Assembly (NCBI GenBank): GCA_963803435.1
Contig: CAWDML010000009.1
Location: 1,312,001 to 1,376,000 of the forward strand
Origin: an uncultured delta proteobacterium
Lineage (GTDB): Bacteria; Myxococcota; Kuafuiibacteriia; Kuafuiibacteriales; Kuafuiibacteriaceae
DNA length: 64,000 bases
Reading direction: 5' to 3'
Part shown: in pieces, positions 26,658 to 39,741 of the stretch
Layout: the number at the start of each line of letters is the position of its first letter
Position numbering within the stretch: position 1 is the stretch's first letter
Notes under the pieces: generated by a model
The model's input: the letters and a program-made list of their open reading frames with translations, nothing else
What the model was told of the DNA's origin: nothing
Databases searched by the model: none
Position numbers and translations under genes: made by a program

Positions 26658-28475
26658 TTGACGGTCCGAGTCAAATCGGGCCGTCTCGGGCCCGTGGGCG
26701 CGGATGGGGACGACCTGGCGCTGATCGAGGACGCGGAGGGGCTTTCGCGATTCCTGGCGTCGGTGTCGGACGCCCCCTTCCTGGCGCTCGACACCGAGAC
26801 CTCGGGGCTCGATCCGCATCAGGACAAGCTCCTCTTGATCCAGTTTGGCACCGCCGACCGGCAGTGCCTGGTCGACGCGGGCTGGGTCGACGAGCGGGCC
26901 TTGGCCGAGATCTTCCGGCCGGATCGCACGGTGGTCATGCACAACGCCCTCTTCGATCTGAAGATGATCTGGGGCGCGTGCGGGGCCGGGGCCACGCTGG
27001 CCAAGGCCATGATCGCCGATACCCAGAGCGCCGAACGCCTCCTCCGGAACGGCCGCCGCTCCGACGTGGTGATGGGCGGCTTCGCGCTCAAGACGCTGGC
27101 CGAGCGCTATACCGGTATGGAGCTGGACAAGTCGATCCGGCAGGGCTTCTACGGGATTCAGTCGGTGGCGGAGCTCTCGGAGGCCGAGCTGCATTATGCC
27201 AAGCGGGACGTGGAGGCCACCTGGAAGGTCTTCGCCGAGCAGCTGCCCCAGCTCCGCCACGAGGCTCTGCTCAAGGTGATGGCCATCGAGGGCGCCGCCT
27301 CGATCGGGTTCGCACAGATGGAGCTGGCCGGCGCGCCGATCGACACGGACGCGTGGAGGAAGATCCTCGACGACGCCAAGACCCATAGCGCCGACGCCCG
27401 CAAGAAGCTCGACCGCGAGTTCTGGACGGTGGCGGACCGCGACCTGTTCGGCGGCACCACTCTCAACTACTCCAGCGACGACGAGGTTCTCGACGCGCTC
27501 AGGAAGCTGGGCGTCGGCGTCACCAGCATGCGCCGGGAGGCGTTGCTGGCCACCGGGCACCCGGCGGCCATCGCGGTGGCCGAGTGGCGCGAGCACCAGA
27601 AGATCGTGTCGAGCTACGGCGACGCCTTCCTGTCGCACGTCCACCCCAAGACCGGACGCTTGCACCCGCGCTTCAAGTCGATCGGCGCGGTCACCGGCCG
27701 CGCCTCCTGCTCCGAGCCGAACCTGCAGAACATCCCCTCCGGCTCTGCATTCCGCGAGTGCTTCCGAGCACCGGCCGGCCGCAAGCTGATCACCGCCGAC
27801 TACGCGGGCGCCGAGCTCCGCATCATCGCGCAAGCCTCCCGAGATCCGACCTTCATCCGCGCGCTCTCCGAGGGCGCCGATCTGCACGCGGTCGTGGCGA
27901 CGAAGCTGTTCAAGAAGCCGGTCAGCAAGACCGAACACCCGGAGCTCCGCGCGCGGGCCAAGGCGATCAACTTCGGGCTGGCCTACGGCATGGGTCCCGG
28001 CGGGCTCGCGGAGCAGCTCGGGGTGCCGATGGAGGAGGCGGAGCGCCTCCTCGAGGCCTACTTCGACGAGTTCCCCCGGGTCCGCGCCTACCTCGACTCG
28101 GCGGCGCGCCAGGCCATCCGGCGGGGCGTGGCCGAGACCATGGCGGGGCGGCGCTACTACTTCACCGACATGCGTAGGGAGGGGAAGGACGAGCAGACCC
28201 TCCGGCGCGTCGCGCGGAACATGCCGATCCAGGGGACGAACGCCGACATCATCAAGCTGGCCATGGCGCGCCTCGTCAACGCGCTCACCGAGCAGGACCT
28301 CGACGCCGCCCTGGTCAACATGGTGCACGACGAGCTGGTGGTGGAGTGCGCCGAGACCCAGGCCGAAGAGGTCCACCAGATCGTGGTCCGCGAGATGATC
28401 TCCGCCGGCGCCGAGTTTATCGATCGGCTGCCGGTGGAGGTCGACGCGAAGATCGGCGACAGTTGGCAGAAGTGA
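26658..28475 (+). CDS. Family A DNA polymerase with 3'-5' exonuclease but no 5'-3' exonuclease domain (start uncertain)
   Basis: Exo motifs DTETSG, HNALFD, YAKRD; polymerase motifs TGR.S...PNLQN, DYAGAELR, KAINFGLAYG, VHDEL. Confidence 0.9.
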   Translation: MTVRVKSGRLGPVGADGDDLALIEDAEGLSRFLASVSDAPFLALDTETSGLDPHQDKLLLIQFGTADRQCLVDAGWVDERALAEIFRPDRTVVMHNALFDLKMIWGACGAGATLAKAMIADTQSAERLLRNGRRSDVVMGGFALKTLAERYTGMELDKSIRQGFYGIQSVAELSEAELHYAKRDVEATWKVFAEQLPQLRHEALLKVMAIEGAASIGFAQMELAGAPIDTDAWRKILDDAKTHSADARKKLDREFWTVADRDLFGGTTLNYSSDDEVLDALRKLGVGVTSMRREALLATGHPAAIAVAEWREHQKIVSSYGDAFLSHVHPKTGRLHPRFKSIGAVTGRASCSEPNLQNIPSGSAFRECFRAPAGRKLITADYAGAELRIIAQASRDPTFIRALSEGADLHAVVATKLFKKPVSKTEHPELRARAKAINFGLAYGMGPGGLAEQLGVPMEEAERLLEAYFDEFPRVRAYLDSAARQAIRRGVAETMAGRRYYFTDMRREGKDEQTLRRVARNMPIQGTNADIIKLAMARLVNALTEQDLDAALVNMVHDELVVECAETQAEEVHQIVVREMISAGAEFIDRLPVEVDAKIGDSWQK

Positions 28476-29215
28476 GGTCGGCGGCCGCGTTCGCGCTCCT
28501 CGTTCTGCTCGCCGGGCCGGCGTCCGCCGCGCCGATCGTCGTGATCGATCCGGGTCACGGCGGTGCGCAGCCGGGTACCAAGACCAAGACGGGCGTCGAG
28601 GAGAAGGCGCTGGTCCTCAAGGTGGCGAAGGCGGTCCGGGCGGTGCTCAAGAAGAGCGGGGTCAAGGTGGTGATGACGCGGACCGACGATCGAACGGTCG
28701 CGCTCTCCGCCCGCGCGACGCTCGCGAATCGGCTCGGCGCCAAGGTGTTCGTCTCCGTCCACGCGAACTCGGCGCCCGTCGCAGAGCGGCGCGGCGCGGA
28801 GACGTACATCCTCTCTGCCGAGGCCACCGACGACGTCGCGATCTCGGCGCTCTCGCAGGAGGAAGCGGAGGAGGGCGAGGACGAGGAGTCGTTCGGCGGC
28901 GGCGGTGGCGGTGATGTCGAGTTCATCCTCGGGGATCTGGAGCGCACGCGCTCACACGAGGACAGCGCGCGTCTCGCGAAGAAGATTCAGGATCGCCTGG
29001 GCGGGGTCAGCGGCCTGCGTCCCAGCCGCGGGCTCAGGCAGGCGCCGTTCAAGGTCCTTCGCAAGGCGGAGATGGCGGCGGTGCTGGTGGAGGTCGGCTA
29101 CCTCACGAATCCACAACAGAGCGCGTTCCTGGTGGAGGCGCGGGGACAGGGCCAGACCGGCGCCGCGATCGCGCGCGGGATCCTCGATTATCTTCGCGCG
29201 ATCGGCGCTCGATGA
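28472..29215 (+). CDS. N-acetylmuramoyl-L-alanine amidase (Amidase_3)
   Basis: IDPGHGG, EK, SVHANS, LVEVGYLTN. Confidence 0.92.
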   Translation: MRSAAAFALLVLLAGPASAAPIVVIDPGHGGAQPGTKTKTGVEEKALVLKVAKAVRAVLKKSGVKVVMTRTDDRTVALSARATLANRLGAKVFVSVHANSAPVAERRGAETYILSAEATDDVAISALSQEEAEEGEDEESFGGGGGGDVEFILGDLERTRSHEDSARLAKKIQDRLGGVSGLRPSRGLRQAPFKVLRKAEMAAVLVEVGYLTNPQQSAFLVEARGQGQTGAAIARGILDYLRAIGAR

Positions 29216-29232
29216 GGTAGCGTCGCTCGACC

Positions 29233-29964
29233 ATGAGCTATGTCCGCCCCGACGGCCGCGCACCCGATCAGACGCGAACCATCGAGCTCATTCCGAGCTT
29301 CACGAAGTGGGCCGAGGGCTCCGTGTTGTGCTCGTTCGGCGACACGCGCGTGCTGTGCAACGCGACCGTCGAGGAGCGCGTTCCGCCGTGGATGAAGGAT
29401 CAGGGCCGTGGCTGGATCACCGCCGAGTATTCGATGCTGCCGCGCTCCACGGACCGGCGCATGCAGCGCGAGTCGATCCAGGGCAAGATCGGCGGCCGCA
29501 CGCACGAGATCTCGCGGCTGATCGGACGAAGCCTCCGCGGCGGCGTCGATCTGGCGATGCTGGGCGAGCGGACAATCACAGTGGACTGCGACGTGCTCCA
29601 GGCCGACGGCGGCACGCGGACCGCCTCCGTCACGGGGGGCTGGGTGGCGATGGCGCTGGCGGTGCGGAAGCTGATGAAGCACGGCAACCTGCGCAAGAAC
29701 CCGCTGTCGCACCAGGTGGCGGCGATCTCGATCGGCATCATCAAGGGGACCCTGCTGCTCGATCTGGCCTATGCCGAGGATCAGGCCGCCGACACCGACC
29801 TGAACCTGGTGATGAACGACGCCGCCGGGATCATCGAGGTCCAGGGTACCGCCGAAGGCGCGACCTTCAGCAAGGCGGAGCTCGACGGCATGCTGCAGCT
29901 CGGCTCCAAGGGGATCAGCGAGCTGTTCATCAAGCAGCGCAGCGTCGTCGAGGTGACCGGTTGA
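29233..29964 (+). CDS. rph: Ribonuclease PH
   Basis: [38 protein letters not shown]. Confidence 0.97.
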   Translation: MSYVRPDGRAPDQTRTIELIPSFTKWAEGSVLCSFGDTRVLCNATVEERVPPWMKDQGRGWITAEYSMLPRSTDRRMQRESIQGKIGGRTHEISRLIGRSLRGGVDLAMLGERTITVDCDVLQADGGTRTASVTGGWVAMALAVRKLMKHGNLRKNPLSHQVAAISIGIIKGTLLLDLAYAEDQAADTDLNLVMNDAAGIIEVQGTAEGATFSKAELDGMLQLGSKGISELFIKQRSVVEVTG

Positions 29965-30557
29965 AGACGCTGCTCGTCGCGACAGAGAACGAGGGCAAGG
30001 CGACGGAGATCAGACGGGGCCTCCAAGGTGAGGTCTTCGTCGAGACCCTCCGCGATCATCCGGAGTTGACGATGCCGCCCGAGGACGCCGAGACCTTCGA
30101 GGCCAACGCGCGCCTCAAGGCCGAGCACGCGGCGCGAATGACCGGTCTGCCGGTCCTCGCCGACGACTCCGGCCTGGTGGTGGATGCGCTCGGCGGACAG
30201 CCGGGCGTGCGTTCTCGGCGCTACGCACCGGGGAGCGACGCGGATCGCGTCCAGAAGCTGCTCGGCGCGCTGGAGCGCGTGCCGGACGAGGCGCGCACGG
30301 CACGGTTCGTGTGCGCGATGGTGCTGGTGGTGCCGGGCTCGGATCCGATCGCCTCCACGGGAACCTGCGAGGGACGCGTCGGACGCACACCTCGGGGCGA
30401 GCATGGTTTCGGATACGATCCGGTGTTCGTCCTCGACGACGGGCGAACCATGGCCGAGCTCACGTTGGAGGAGAAAAACCGCATTTCCCACCGCGGGCGT
30501 GCGCTCGCCGAGATCCTCCCCGAGATCCGCGCCCGCCTGCTCTCACTTTTCGCTTGA
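29961..30557 (+). CDS. rdgB: Non-canonical purine NTP pyrophosphatase (dITP/XTPase)
   Basis: AT.N.GK, ADDSGL.VDAL, GFGYDP, KNRISHR. Confidence 0.95.
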   Translation: MKTLLVATENEGKATEIRRGLQGEVFVETLRDHPELTMPPEDAETFEANARLKAEHAARMTGLPVLADDSGLVVDALGGQPGVRSRRYAPGSDADRVQKLLGALERVPDEARTARFVCAMVLVVPGSDPIASTGTCEGRVGRTPRGEHGFGYDPVFVLDDGRTMAELTLEEKNRISHRGRALAEILPEIRARLLSLFA

Positions 30558-30595
30558 ACAGCCGATGCTGATTCCCGCACGATGCGCCGGATCTT

Positions 30596-30670
30596 CGGGG
30601 CGTGGCGCAGTCTGGTCAGCGCACCTGCTTTGGGAGCAGGGGGTCGGAGGTTCAAATCCTCTCGCCCCGA
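30596..30670 (+). tRNA. tRNA-Pro(TGG)
   Basis: Acceptor CGGGGCG/CGCCCCG; anticodon arm CCTGC-TTTGGGA-GCAGG; GGTTCAAATCC. Confidence 0.95.
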
Positions 30671-30675
30671 TGGAA

Positions 30676-30749
30676 GCTCCAGTAGCTCAGCTGGATAGAG
30701 CAGCGGCCTTCTAAGCCGACGGTCAGGGGTTCAAGTCCTCTCTGGAGCG
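30676..30749 (+). tRNA. tRNA-Arg(TCT)
   Basis: GCTCCAG/CTGGAGC; anticodon loop CTTCTAA; GGTTCAAGTCC. Confidence 0.95.
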
Positions 30750-30803
30750 TGCGTTTTGTGGTGGACCGGTCCGAGAGAAACGATTAGGAGTACCGGCACG
30801 GGC

Positions 30804-30877
30804 GGTGACTGTAGCTCAGTTGGTAGAGCGGCGGACTGTGGCTCCGTAGGTCGCGGGTTCAAGCCCCGTCAGTCACC
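30804..30877 (+). tRNA. tRNA-His(GTG)
   Basis: G-1 plus GTGACTG/CAGTCAC with C discriminator; loop CTGTGGC. Confidence 0.95.
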
Positions 30878-30903
30878 CTTCTCTGAGCAGGAAAGTCCGA
30901 ACC

Positions 30904-30976
30904 GGGGGTATAGCTCAATTGGCAGAGCAATGGACTCTTAATCCATAGGTTGGGGGTTCGATTCCCTCTACCCTCA
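30904..30976 (+). tRNA. tRNA-Lys(CTT)
   Basis: GGGGGTA/TACCCTC; ATGGA-CTCTTAA-TCCAT. Confidence 0.95.
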
Positions 30977-30979
30977 TCG

Positions 30980-31015
30980 CGCCCCGGAGCCTCAGGTCCC
31001 GGGGCGTTTTGTTTT
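30980..31015 (+). terminator. Rho-independent terminator after the tRNA cluster
   Basis: CGCCCCGG...CCGGGGCG followed by TTTTGTTTT. Confidence 0.8.
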
Positions 31016-31029
31016 GGGAGGCGATCGAC

Positions 31030-31776
31030 GTGAGTGAGCAGAGCGCGGCGATGATCGAGGCGGAGGCGCTGCTTCGGACCCGCGGGCGCGGGGTTCTGGC
31101 GACGATCTCGAAGAAGGTGGCGGGTTGGCCGTTCGGATCCGTGGTGCCGTACGCGGTCGATCCGACGGGGCGGCCGATCCTCCTGATCGCCTCCATCGCC
31201 GAGCACACGAAGAACATCGAGGCCGACGATCGGGTGAGCCTGCTGGTGCAGGAGGCCGAGGGCGCGGAGGACGTCCAGGCGAAGGGCCGGCTCACGCTGA
31301 TGGGGCGGGCTTCGCAGGTCCCCGAGGCCGAGATCGCCGACGCGCGCGCACGGTATCTGGCCCGGGTGCCCGACGCCGAGGGCTACTTCGCCACCCACGA
31401 CTTCGCGCTCTATCGGATCGGCACCGAGCACCTCCGCTACATCGGCGGGTTCGGAAAGATCTACTGGCTCGATCCGGCGGCGTACCAGACGCACGTCGCG
31501 GAGGATCCGATCGTCCGCGGGGCGGCGCCGATCATCGAGCACATGAACGCGGACCACGAGGAGGCGATGTCTCTGTGGTGCCGAGCGTTCCGCGGGATCA
31601 CGCCGGGGCACGTGCGGATGAGCGGGGTCGATCGCTGGGGCTGTGATCTCGAGTCGAGCGCGCCCGATCGGCGGCTGCGCTTCGACTTCGAGGCGGCCGC
31701 GGCACCCAACTCGATCCGCCAGATCGTGGTGGCGATGACGGTCGAGGCACGCAAGAGGCTGGGACCGAGCGCCTGA
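31030..31776 (+). CDS. HugZ/PNPOx-like split-barrel protein with a DUF2470-like domain
   Basis: [35 protein letters not shown]. Confidence 0.85.
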   Translation: MSEQSAAMIEAEALLRTRGRGVLATISKKVAGWPFGSVVPYAVDPTGRPILLIASIAEHTKNIEADDRVSLLVQEAEGAEDVQAKGRLTLMGRASQVPEAEIADARARYLARVPDAEGYFATHDFALYRIGTEHLRYIGGFGKIYWLDPAAYQTHVAEDPIVRGAAPIIEHMNADHEEAMSLWCRAFRGITPGHVRMSGVDRWGCDLESSAPDRRLRFDFEAAAAPNSIRQIVVAMTVEARKRLGPSA

Positions 31777-31780
31777 TCGC

Positions 31781-33126
31781 ATGACGCTCGACGTCGCAGT
31801 CGTGGGCGCGGGTCTCGCCGGTCTCCAGGCCGCCCGCACGCTGGTCGAGGCCGGCCTCGCGGTGCGAGTGCTCGAGGCGCGCGACCGCACCGGCGGGCGC
31901 ACGCTGAGCCATCGGACCGAGCACGGGGAGGTGGTGGACCTGGGGGCGCAGTGGATCGGTCCGACCCACCACCGGCTGAGCGCCCTCATCGACGAGCTCG
32001 GCCTGACGCGCGTGCCGCAGCATCACGACGGCAAGAAATCGTCATGCTGGGCGACCGGCTCCGGACCTATCGCTCTGACATCCCGTCGCTGCCGCTCCTC
32101 TCGCTGCTCGATCTCGGCCGTGCGATCTCCAAGCTCGACTCGATGGTGAAGTCCGTGGACCCGGCCGACCCGGCCGGCGCGAAGAACGCGGCGCGCCTCG
32201 ACAGCGAGACGCTCGAGGAGTGGAAGCAGCGATACCTACGGACCGCCCACGCGCGCTCGATGGTGGACGTGGCCGCGAAGGCCGTGTTCGCCGTGGAGCC
32301 GCGGCAGCTCTCGTTCCTGTTCTTCCTCACCTACCTGCGCGCGGGCGGCGGCCTGCTCTCTCTCACCGCCATCCGTGAGGGCGCTCAGGAGACCCGGGTG
32401 GCGGAGGGCTTCCAGACCGTGTCGGTCCGGCTCGCCGAGAAGCTCGGCAATCGTGTCCGGCTCTCCACGCCGGTCGTCGGCATCTCACAGGACGCCGACG
32501 GCGTGGAGGTCCACTGCGGCGGCGAACGCGTGCGCGCGGCGCACGCCATCGTGGCCATCCCACCGGCGCTCGCAGCACGCATCGAGTACGACCCGCCGCT
32601 CCCGGCCGCCCGCGATCAGCTCACGCAGCGCATGCCGATGGGGTCGATCATCAAGTGCATCGCGTTCTACGAGCGGCCGTTCTGGCGTGACGATGGCTTC
32701 TCCGGCGAGGCCGTGCTCGACGGCGGTCCCGTGCGGGTCACCTTCGACGACTCGCCCGCCGACGCCCGCTCGGGTGCGCTGCTCGCCTTCGTCGCGGGAG
32801 ACGACGCGATCGAGCTCAGCGGGTACGCTCCGGAGGCCCGTCGCCACGCGGTGCTCGAGGTGCTGGGGCGGCTCTTCGGGGCGCGCGCGCGGACCCCGGT
32901 GGCCTACGTCGACCAGGACTGGTGCGCCGAGCCCTACAGCCGGGGCTGCTACACCGGCGTGCTGGGTCCGGGCGTGCTGACGCGCTTCGGCGCCGCGCTT
33001 CGTGCTCCGGTCGGCCGCATTCACTGGGCCGGCACGGAGTCGGCGACGCAGCACATGGGTTACATGGAGGGCGCGCTCGAGTCCGGCGCCCGCGCCGCCG
33101 CCGAGGTGCTGGCGAGCCCGCGGTGA
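31781..33126 (+). CDS. Flavin monoamine oxidase family protein (frameshift near 32037)
   Basis: [23 protein letters not shown] in one frame; [17 protein letters not shown] in another. Confidence 0.88.
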
Positions 33127-33132
33127 GCGCGC

Positions 33133-35822
<2,690 letters not shown>

Positions 35823-35833
35823 GGGCCCGGCTC

Positions 35834-36466
35834 CTACGGGTGCGGCACGAGATAGCACCAGATCGGCAGCGACATGAAGCCGCCGGCCATCATCCAGCCG
35901 ACGACGAAACCGATGGCGCGAAAGCGGGCGCGCCAGATGGGACGGTTGAGACCGAACGTCTGCATCGCGCTGGCCAGGCCGTGCGAGAGGTGCAGCCCCA
36001 GCGCCAGCATCGCAACGACGTACCAGCCGGTGATCAGGGGGTTCTTGAAGGTCTCCACCACCAGGCCCCAGAGCCCGTTGGCCTGATCCCAGTTCCCGAA
36101 CTTGAACGTCCGGATGTGGAGCACGATGAAGACCAGGAGCAGGAGCCCGCCGTAGACCATCGTGCGCGAGGCAAAGGTGGCGCGCCCGTTGGTGGACTTG
36201 ACGGCGTAGGGACGGGGCCGGGCGCGACGGTTCTCGATCGTGGTGCGGATCGCCATCGCCACGTGGCCGAGGAGCAGGACGACCAGGCCCGCCTCCGCGA
36301 CGTACAGGAGGAAGCCAAACTTGCGGAGCGCGACCGGGTACGCGTTGAAGGACTCGGCACCCTGATAGATCAGGAAGTTAGCGGAGAGGTGGGTGATCAG
36401 GAATCCGAACCAAGCCAGGCCGGTTATCGCCATCACCACCTTTTTGATGATCGACGCGCGAAACAC
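35834..36466 (-). CDS. sdhC: Succinate dehydrogenase cytochrome b subunit (5-TM, di-haem type); start approximate
   Basis: [33 protein letters not shown]. Confidence 0.9.
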   Translation of the reverse strand: MFRASIIKKVVMAITGLAWFGFLITHLSANFLIYQGAESFNAYPVALRKFGFLLYVAEAGLVVLLLGHVAMAIRTTIENRRARPRPYAVKSTNGRATFASRTMVYGGLLLLVFIVLHIRTFKFGNWDQANGLWGLVVETFKNPLITGWYVVAMLALGLHLSHGLASAMQTFGLNRPIWRARFRAIGFVVGWMMAGGFMSLPIWCYLVPHP

Positions 36467-36526
36467 CGAGATCCGTCTCGTCCGCGCAAGGTGCGAAGTC
36501 AAGCGCTTTTGAATATTAAGCGGGTG

Positions 36527-38269
36527 ATGACCGAGCGGGACTCCAACGTCGTTGCGCTGATGCCGTGGGACCGCGCCGTTCGACAGGCGCGCCAGCGGAA
36601 GAGGGCGATCGAGATCCTCGATCGCGACGACGCGGATCGTGCGATCGCGGCGCTGTCGGAGATCGAGGCGTTCTATGCCGTCAAGGAGATCGGCCTGGAC
36701 GACGCAGGACCGATGCTGGCGGTCCTCAGCCGGGATCAGATCTCCACGATCCTGGATCTGGAGGTCTGGAGACACCACACACTCGATCGATCGGATCTCC
36801 TCTACTGGCTGGCGGCCTTTCGGGAGGTCGGGATCGAGTCGCTCCAGGGTGCCGCGAGGGCGATGGACCCCGAGGCGCTGGCCGCGTTCTTCGCGCGGCG
36901 GCTCTTCATCGCGCTCAAGCCCAAGGAGAACACCAGCGACGATGAGCCGATCCCGGAGTGGCTCCTCGATCCCCCGGAGGCGATCGAGCCCCTGGTCGAG
37001 ACCGCGGACGGCCGCTTCATCGTGGCCGCCCGCGTGGAGGACGAGGAGGACGAGGGCGTCGAGCTCGAGGAGGAGGAGCGCAAGGCGGTGCTCCGCGTGC
37101 TCGAGGATCTCTACAAGGACCCGGAGGACTGGGAGTGGGTCTCGGGCGTCCTGCGGAGCGCGCTGACGGACTCGGTGTTCGAGCTCGAGGAGCAGGCGCT
37201 CCGGTTCCGCGACGGCCGGATGGAGGATCTCGGGTTTCCTCCGCTCGCCCGCGCGCTCGAGGTCTACACCCCCGAGAGCCCGGCCGCGCTGGAGCGGCCC
37301 GTACGGCCCTACCCGAAGAACGAGCTCTCGCTGCCGGCGCTCCACGCAAGCCAGCTTGCGGCGGGTCTGTTCAATCAGGCGATGCAGGCGATCCTGAGCA
37401 ACGACCTGGTGCGGCGCATCGAGGGTGATCTGGTCCCGCTCGCCAACGAGATCCTGGTGGCCGACGGCGTGGAGCCGGGTGCGCTCGAGCTGCTCCGCGA
37501 GTCGCTCACCCGCATGCGCGGCTATCTGGAGATCGGGCTCGCCTACGGCGCTGCGCCGGGGACCGAGCTCGATACGGCGGTGCGCCGGCTGACCGCGCAA
37601 CCGGTGCGGACGCTCTTCCGCGTCGGCTATGGCGCGACCCTCGCCCTCAAGACGCGGGCCCGCACGCTCCTCGGTATGCGCGGGTTCGCCGCGAGGCTCA
37701 CCGAAACCGAGCGAGCCGTGCTAGGTGCGCTGGTGCTCGACCGACCGCGGGTGTCGGGCGTCGTCGCGCCGATGCTCGAGCAGCCCCAGAAGATCGAGTA
37801 CGCAGAGTCGCAGATCGCCGATCTCTGTCCCTGGGGTCCGAGCGCGGCGCGCGCCCTGGAGACGATCCTTCAAGACCTGGAGGATCTGGAGATCGCCGCG
37901 CGCGCGCTGGGTGGTGCGGCGCCTGAGACGCCGGATCGGCTCGAGCCCCCAGCGGAGGAGCGGACCTTCGAGCTGTGGCTCACGACGGGCGCCGCGCAGG
38001 CGCTGCTCGGCGGTGCGTTCGCGCTGGCGCCGCTGGACGGCCCGGCGCTCCGCGCGCTCACGGATCGGCTGGCGTCGGCGCGGGATCGATACTTCGATCC
38101 CCAGCCGGCGATCGCCGCGCTCCCCGGACTGGCGTCCGGCCCGCGATCGGCCGTGGTGCGCCGGATCCGGAGAGGCCTCGAGCTCCTGGCCGAGCAGCTG
38201 TCGCCGCTGGTGGGAGCGAGTACGATAGACCCCCGCTTCGTCGGCGGTGTCGTGCGGCGTCTCCCTTGA
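36527..38269 (+). CDS. DUF6178-like hypothetical protein
   Basis: KEIGL.DA, LDLEVW, ELEEQALRFRDGRMEDLGF, LFRVG patterns; family assignment from memory. Confidence 0.6.
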   Translation: MTERDSNVVALMPWDRAVRQARQRKRAIEILDRDDADRAIAALSEIEAFYAVKEIGLDDAGPMLAVLSRDQISTILDLEVWRHHTLDRSDLLYWLAAFREVGIESLQGAARAMDPEALAAFFARRLFIALKPKENTSDDEPIPEWLLDPPEAIEPLVETADGRFIVAARVEDEEDEGVELEEEERKAVLRVLEDLYKDPEDWEWVSGVLRSALTDSVFELEEQALRFRDGRMEDLGFPPLARALEVYTPESPAALERPVRPYPKNELSLPALHASQLAAGLFNQAMQAILSNDLVRRIEGDLVPLANEILVADGVEPGALELLRESLTRMRGYLEIGLAYGAAPGTELDTAVRRLTAQPVRTLFRVGYGATLALKTRARTLLGMRGFAARLTETERAVLGALVLDRPRVSGVVAPMLEQPQKIEYAESQIADLCPWGPSAARALETILQDLEDLEIAARALGGAAPETPDRLEPPAEERTFELWLTTGAAQALLGGAFALAPLDGPALRALTDRLASARDRYFDPQPAIAALPGLASGPRSAVVRRIRRGLELLAEQLSPLVGASTIDPRFVGGVVRRLP

Positions 38270-38289
38270 TACCATCGGCGTCCGGTCGA

Positions 38290-39712
38290 ATGACGGTCGA
38301 GATCCCGCCGACCATCGAGCGCTACCGTGTCGAGGCCGTGCTCGGCAGAGGCGCCTCCGGCGTCGTCCTGCGGGTGCGGGACGACGCGCTCGAATCGATC
38401 CATCGCGCTGAAGCTCCTCACCGACGATCTCGACGAGGACGCGCGGGCCCGGTTCTCGATCGAGGCGCGGGCCGCCGCGCGGATCGTCCACCCGAACGTC
38501 GTGCAGGTCTTCGCGGTCGGCAGCCACCAGGGACGCGCGTTCATCACCCAGGAGCTGGTCGACGGCTACCCGCTCTCGCTCCTTCTCGAGGCCAAGGGCC
38601 GGCTGTCGCCGGAGGCGGTGGTCGACGTGGCGATCCAGGTGGCGAGCGGCCTGGCCCGGGCCGCCGAGGTCGGCGTGCTCCACCGGGACGTGAAGCCGCA
38701 GAACCTCCTCATCACCGAGGAGGGCCTGGTGAAGCTGGCGGACTTCGGCATCGCGAAGATCCTGAACGCGCCCTCGGAGCTCACCGAGAGCGGCACCACG
38801 CTGGGGACGCCCCACTACATGTCCCCCGAGCAAGGCCAGGGCCTCGAGCTCGACCCGCGCTCGGACCAGTACTCCTTGGGGGCGACGCTCTACCACCTGC
38901 TGTGCGGGCAGCCGCCCTTCGACGATGAGAACGCGCTGGCCCTCCTCATGAAGCAGCGGGAGGCGCCGCTGCCGCCGGTCCGTTCGCTGGCGCCCGACTG
39001 TCCCGAGGCGCTGTCCGAGATCGTCGAGCGCATGCTGGCGAAGGATCCCGCGCTCCGCTTCCCCCGGTTCGAGGCGGTGCTCGACGCGCTCGAGGCGGCG
39101 TCGGAAGCCCCCGGGACCCGCTCGGGCGACGCCCTCGCACCCGTCTCCGCCCGGCTGCGCGAGCTGGGCGCGCTCGACGGAGGTGCGGCCCCGATCGAGC
39201 TGCAGAAGACGCGCTTCCCCCCGTGGCTGGTCAACGGCGCCGTGGGCGTCTGCGCGATCGCCGTGATCGGCGCGGCCGTCTACGGCGGGACCAACGGCGC
39301 CACGACGCACGCCCAGAAGGTCGCCGTGCGCGAGGAGGTGCCGCTCGAGGTGGCGCCCCCTCGGCGCGATCCGTTCGCCGCCAAGAAGCCCCCGCCCACC
39401 AAGCCGCGCCGCCGCGCCGCCGAGATCTCCAAGGTCGACCGCCTGCTGGCGGAGCTCACCGACCCAAAGACCGCCATCGCCGCCGCGCGGGAGCTGGGAA
39501 GGCTCGGAGATCAGCGCGCGACGCAACCGCTGATCGAGGCGGCCCGATCGAAGACCGAGCCGGTCGCGGTGGCCGCCCTCGATGCGCTCGGCGAGATCGG
39601 AGACATCGTCGCCATCGCCCCGCTCGAGTCGCTGGCCACGGACGGCCGCACGAAGCGAATCCGCGAGGCCGCGGTCCGCGCGAAGACGCGGCTTTACTCG
39701 GTCGAGGAGTGA
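38290..39712 (+). CDS. Membrane Ser/Thr kinase with C-terminal HEAT repeats (frameshift near 38392)
   Basis: GRGASG in one frame; ALK, HRDVKPQN, DFG, GTPHYMSPE, TM segment and ALGEIGD in another. Confidence 0.85.
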
Positions 39713-39741
39713 TCCAGAGCGAAGGTGAAGATCGAGAAGCC

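Noticed and set aside
26658-28475. Prophage, suggested by the compact PolA
   Set aside because: No integrase, structural or other phage genes; the neighbours are housekeeping genes.
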